Assembly: GCA_963827685.1 (NCBI GenBank)
Contig: CAWHBU010000004.1
Span: forward strand, 128,001 to 192,000
Direction of reading: 5' to 3'
Origin: an uncultured delta proteobacterium
GTDB taxonomy: Bacteria; Desulfobacterota; BSN033; UBA1163
DNA length: 64,000 nt
The notes beneath the pieces are model-generated. The model worked only from the letters and a program-made list of their open reading frames with translations, was not told the origin of the DNA and searched no databases. The translations under genes and the position numbers were made by a program. Positions within the stretch are counted from its first letter, which is position 1. Each line of letters begins with the position of its first letter. Shown here in pieces: positions 59,758 to 64,000 of this stretch.

Positions 59758-59760
59758 AAA

Positions 59761-60825
59761 ATGGGCATCGATCTGCCTTGTGGTACATTCAATCGAACTT
59801 ATAAGGAAGATATGGCGATCGTTCGGACGAGAGCCCGTTGGGCCTTGCTAATCGGGTTTCTTCTTTTCTTATCTATTATCCCACCGTTTTTTCTAGGCCG
59901 GCAAATCATTGCCATGATCAATACTACAGCCTTCATTGTTATAGCCGTCCATGGACTCAATATCGTGACAGGATACTGTGGACAGGTCCACCTAGGGCAG
60001 GCGGCATTCTTGGCAGTGGGGGGCTACACCTCTGCAATCTTGGCTACGAAGCTTCACCTCCCTTTCTATCTCTGCTTGCCCATAGCAGGCCTTGCATCTG
60101 CCTTTATTGGAATAATTTTCGCGTTGCCCGCAGTTCGAGTAAAGGGGTTGTACCTCGCCCTGACATCGCTGGCGGCGCAGTTTATCATTATATACATCAT
60201 CCAGACCCCAGCGGCCTCCTTGACGAATGGCGTGTATTCGCTCCGAGTGCCTCCGGCCGAAATTGGTCCTATAGTCTTCGATACAGAAAGGAAAATTTAT
60301 TTCTTGATAATGATTGTAGCTATCCTTATGACTTTTTTGGCCAAGAACTTGGCTCGTACCAAGATTGGAAGAAACTTCGTTGCCATCAGGGACAACGATC
60401 TGGCTGCTGAGGTAATGGGAATTAATATCTTTCAGTATAAAGTCCTCGCATTTGCCATTTGTTCCTTTTATGCAGGTATTTCCGGTTCTTTATATGCTTA
60501 CTCGGCCGGAGTAATTACAACGGATTACTTTTCCTTAATGGATTCAATATGGTATGTAGGCATGCTAGTCACAGGCGGAATGGGTAGTGTATTGGGTCCG
60601 ATTTTTGGCACAATCTTCATAAGGTTCATCACTGAAGGAACAACAGCCCTTGCTCCAACCTTGACGCAAGCCTTCCCAGCAATGGGAGAAGGCGCCTTTT
60701 CCTCGCTGAGTGAGTTAATCTTTGCCCTGGCTATCGCTTTCTTTCTTATCTTCGAGCCTAGGGGATTAGCCCATGGATGGGAAATTTTTAAGAATTCCTA
60801 TCGTCTCTGGCCGTTTTCTTATTGA
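59761..60825 (+). CDS. ABC permease (LivM-like)
   Basis: GLNIVTGYCGQ..LGQAAF, AIRDNDLAAE, GGMGS, EPRGL. Confidence 0.92.
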   Translation: MGIDLPCGTFNRTYKEDMAIVRTRARWALLIGFLLFLSIIPPFFLGRQIIAMINTTAFIVIAVHGLNIVTGYCGQVHLGQAAFLAVGGYTSAILATKLHLPFYLCLPIAGLASAFIGIIFALPAVRVKGLYLALTSLAAQFIIIYIIQTPAASLTNGVYSLRVPPAEIGPIVFDTERKIYFLIMIVAILMTFLAKNLARTKIGRNFVAIRDNDLAAEVMGINIFQYKVLAFAICSFYAGISGSLYAYSAGVITTDYFSLMDSIWYVGMLVTGGMGSVLGPIFGTIFIRFITEGTTALAPTLTQAFPAMGEGAFSSLSELIFALAIAFFLIFEPRGLAHGWEIFKNSYRLWPFSY

Positions 60826-60884
60826 AAGGAGGTGGTTAGGAAAAGGATTAAGAGGGAATCCAGATCTAATTGTGGAATTAAAGA

Positions 60885-62165
60885 TTGAGTAAAAATACTA
60901 TTCAAGGAGGAAAAGAGATGAAAACTTCTAGAATGACAATTTCATTTTCGATAATCTTGTTTGCATTTTCGCTCATCGTTGAACCTGTGTGGGCACAGGT
61001 GAAACCTGCACCCTCGGGGGCTGTGATCAATATCCTTTCATGCCCTGATATTACTGGAAGGGCTCGTGACATGGTCTATCAAATCCATTGGGGAGTGCAG
61101 GCTTGGTTTGATTACCTAAATGAAGAGAAGGGCGGAATAGATGGTGTTCCTATTAACGTGTTTGTGGCGGATGGAAAATATGATGTTACTGTGATTAAGA
61201 GCATTTATAAGAGATATGTTAATCAAGTTCTTACGATGACTTTTGTAGGACAGTCGGTAGCTTATGATGCGCTTTTGTATGATTTCCAGAAAGATAAGAT
61301 GCCAGTCTTTGCCTTTTGTGGTGGGAGTGATGGTTTCGTCTACCCCCCGAGTTGGGTATATACGGCCCAGCCGGGCACAGCTGACAAGTGCGGACTTCTC
61401 TGCGAATGGATTATGAAAAACTGGAAGGAAAGTCGAAAACCTAAGCTAGCTCTTCTTTTGGGCAATTACCCGGCAGGCAGGTTTCCTGAAAAAGGCATTC
61501 CTTTTTATAAAAACCTTGGTGTTGACGTCGTGGCCGTAGAATATGTTCCCTTTCAACCCCAAAGTACAGTAGACCAACTGCTGAAGATCCGAGATACCAA
61601 GGCGGATTTCATTTTTGATACCCTCACCATTGACATGCTAAGGGTGGCTCTAGGGGACGCAGCGAGAATGGGGTGGAAATTGGGGAAAGATATCACGTGG
61701 GTTTCATTCTATACCAACGGTATCACCTTGAAGGAAGTCGTCCCGAAAGAGCAGTATGATGGATTTATTGGTTTTGAAGATGCACTCGACTGGTATACCC
61801 AGGAGAACTGGAGAGTGAGAAAGTTGACTGAGTATTACCGGAAGCGTTACAAAACTGACAAATATTTACCACAAGGAGGTCACGGAGGTGCGCTGAGTGC
61901 AATGATGGCGGAGGAGGCGTTGAGGCTGGCGATGAGGAAAGTTGGATATTCCAATCTCACGCCAGAAATACTTAGAGAAGAGGGATATTGCAAAATCAAA
62001 AACTACGAGACTGATGGTTATTCGCTACCGATAACGATTACCAAGGATGAACCTGCTAACCGTGGCGTGAGGATGGTGCGGTGTCACAAAGATAAGAACC
62101 CAAGTGTTATCATACCATTTACTAAAGCTCCTTGGGTATTTAAATGGGTCGACGAACATAAGTAG
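60885..62165 (+). CDS. ABC substrate-binding protein (LivJ-like; likely start ATG 60918)
   Basis: Signal peptide; DITG, NEEKGGIDG, DGKY motifs. Confidence 0.88.
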   Translation: MSKNTIQGGKEMKTSRMTISFSIILFAFSLIVEPVWAQVKPAPSGAVINILSCPDITGRARDMVYQIHWGVQAWFDYLNEEKGGIDGVPINVFVADGKYDVTVIKSIYKRYVNQVLTMTFVGQSVAYDALLYDFQKDKMPVFAFCGGSDGFVYPPSWVYTAQPGTADKCGLLCEWIMKNWKESRKPKLALLLGNYPAGRFPEKGIPFYKNLGVDVVAVEYVPFQPQSTVDQLLKIRDTKADFIFDTLTIDMLRVALGDAARMGWKLGKDITWVSFYTNGITLKEVVPKEQYDGFIGFEDALDWYTQENWRVRKLTEYYRKRYKTDKYLPQGGHGGALSAMMAEEALRLAMRKVGYSNLTPEILREEGYCKIKNYETDGYSLPITITKDEPANRGVRMVRCHKDKNPSVIIPFTKAPWVFKWVDEHK

Positions 62166-62193
62166 ATGAACAAAACAGCAACGGGTTAGAAAG

Positions 62194-62979
62194 ATGCTGA
62201 AATTAAACAATATTGAAGTCAATTACCTGAACGTCATCCTTGTCCTGAGAGGTGTTTCGCTTGAGGTTTCTAGAGGTTCGATTGTAGCCCTTCTTGGGGC
62301 CAATGGAGCTGGAAAAACAACCACACTGAAGGCCATTTCAGGACTCCTTCATATCGAAGAAGGGAGGGTGACAAGAGGCAATATTACTTTCAACGACCAT
62401 CAAATAGACAAATTGAGCCCCCAAGCAATTGCTAAGTTGGGTATCATTCAGGTGCTGGAAGGACGAAAGGTCTTGGAACATCTAACAGCTGAGGAGAATC
62501 TGCGTGTCGGGGGAAGCATCCACGGGGATGTAAAGAAGAGTCTACAAATGGTGTATGATTATTTCCCTACTCTTAAACATCTCAAGGATGCAACAAGTGG
62601 TTATCTATCCGGGGGCGAGCAACAAATGCTGGTGATGGGCAGGGCACTGATGGGACATCCAAAACTCATGCTTCTGGACGAACCTTCTTTAGGCCTTGCC
62701 CCTCTCGTGGTAAAAGAAATTTATAGGGCCATTCGAAGAATCAATCAGGAAGAAAAGACCTCAATTCTTATTGTGGAACAGAACGCATCGATTGCATTGA
62801 ATATCGCTCGCTATGGATACGTACTTGAAAATGGAAGGGTGGTACTCGATGGCCCTGCTGAGCACTTAATCAATAATGAAGATGTTAAAGAGTTCTACCT
62901 TGGTCTCACCGAAATAGGGAAGAAAAAGAGCTATCGTGAGGTAAAGCATTATAAAAGAAGGAAAAGATGGTTAGGGTAG
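62194..62979 (+). CDS. ABC ATPase (LivF-like)
   Basis: GANGAGKTT, LSGGEQQM, LDEPSLGLAP, VEQN. Confidence 0.93.
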   Translation: MLKLNNIEVNYLNVILVLRGVSLEVSRGSIVALLGANGAGKTTTLKAISGLLHIEEGRVTRGNITFNDHQIDKLSPQAIAKLGIIQVLEGRKVLEHLTAEENLRVGGSIHGDVKKSLQMVYDYFPTLKHLKDATSGYLSGGEQQMLVMGRALMGHPKLMLLDEPSLGLAPLVVKEIYRAIRRINQEEKTSILIVEQNASIALNIARYGYVLENGRVVLDGPAEHLINNEDVKEFYLGLTEIGKKKSYREVKHYKRRKRWLG

Positions 62980-63252
62980 GGTGCGGGCGCAGCGGCAAAG
63001 GATAATCTTAAATTTAGGTCCAAACCCCTATGTTAGCGAGGGCGCCACGAAAGATGAAAATTCTTAAACCATAACGTCATCCATCATAACCTTCCTGCAG
63101 AAGGAAGAAGGTCGTTAACTTTGGTGGTCACACCCCGATGTCAAAACTGACTTGGGTAGATTGGAAGCACCACGAATTGTTGTCCACATGGGGAGCAGAG
63201 CATGTTAAATTTTTCAATCGTGATCCACCCTTTTCCAGAAAGGACATCTTAG

Positions 63253-63600
63253 ATGGACCCCATTCTTGAAAGGTGTTGTAGGATCCATGTCCAGAAGAAA
63301 ACCATGACCGTTTGTCCTATGATTGGGGAACCTAACGAGAAAGCCAAAAAGACTGTTAAAGCGTTTACCATCATGGCCCGAGTTCTTTTAGCCTGGTAAG
63401 GATTGGTTGGAGAGTCAAGGTTGCACTCATGTCGCTCTGGGGAGCACCGGAGTCTACTGGAAGCCTATGTTAAACATCTTGGAAGAAGGGCATGGAAGTG
63501 ATTCTGACTAATGCCAGAGATATCAAAAATGTCCCCGTTGAAAAACCGATGCCAAGGACTGTGAGTGAATTACCCAGCCTCTTCAGCATAGTTTCATCAA
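63253..63600 (+). pseudogene. IS110-family transposase relic (N-terminal DEDD domain)
   Basis: MDPILERCC, HVQKKT, WLESQGCTHVAL.STGVYWKP, NARDIKNVP, with frameshifts. Confidence 0.85.
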
Positions 63601-63605
63601 GGTTG

Positions 63606-63775
63606 GCGTAGTGTCTCAGTGACGGCTTTCCAATGATTGACCTTCTCCAGGATCTGACTGACTTTCTTGGTCCATACAAAAGGTATTGGATTTTGGTTAT
63701 TTAATCGAACGAACTCTTTGATCGCGGCAACTAAGTCTGGAACACTGTTGAAGACGCCTCGGCGGATCCTTATTA
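63606..63775 (-). pseudogene. IS630-family transposase C-terminal relic
   Basis: RIRRGVFNSVPDLVAAIKEFVRLNNQNPIPFVWTKKVSQILEKV. Confidence 0.8.
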
Positions 63776-64000
63776 CAGAGGGTGTATGATCTCATGGCTG
63801 TACGGCGGGTCTTAAACCAAGAGATCGTTTGTTTCTTAAGCCCTTTGGTATTTTTGATCCGAAAAGGAGTGACCTTGGTCTGCACATGCGTTAGGTTCAA
63901 GACCGGTACGTTTCAACATGGGACGCCAATTGGATAGTTTACAATCATTTTCCATGTATGGATGTGGGGCCTAAGTCAGGTTTAGGGACAGGTGATCATG

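Overview
The window looks like a stretch of a Desulfobacterota/Deltaproteobacteria-like chromosome; this is inferred from gene content only. (1) 1-20 kb is mostly core: metV-[four-helix-bundle gene]-metF-hdrCB, an unusual SecY paralog, a MoxR/VWA pair, an MFS transporter, rph-rdgB-tRNA-Pro, an ExeA-like ATPase, an intact IS256 with an 8-bp target duplication, a two-component system and tRNA-Arg(TCT). (2) About 20.07-47.6 kb is an integrative element at the tRNA-Arg 3' end. It has a phage-satellite-like core (integrase, excisionase, TerS-like protein, Zn-finger/TOPRIM primase, DUF3987 protein, regulators). This is followed by defence-type cargo: a type I R-M system with two paralogous TRDs, a membrane Cache-type sensor fused to a Schlafen/AlbA_2 domain, a PLD nuclease, HEPN, DUF3800 and a short tyrosine recombinase with a duplicated 3' fragment. 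It ends at an IS3 that lacks a target duplication. (3) 48-64 kb is a partly decayed acyl-CoA catabolic and ABC-uptake cluster with relics of IS200, IS5, IS110 and IS630. The best candidates for undescribed biology are the receptor-Schlafen fusion within the R-M cargo, the four-helix-bundle gene with its periodic-repeat hairpins, the SecY paralog with extra domains, and the satellite itself. All family calls come from motifs recognised by eye; no database searches were run.
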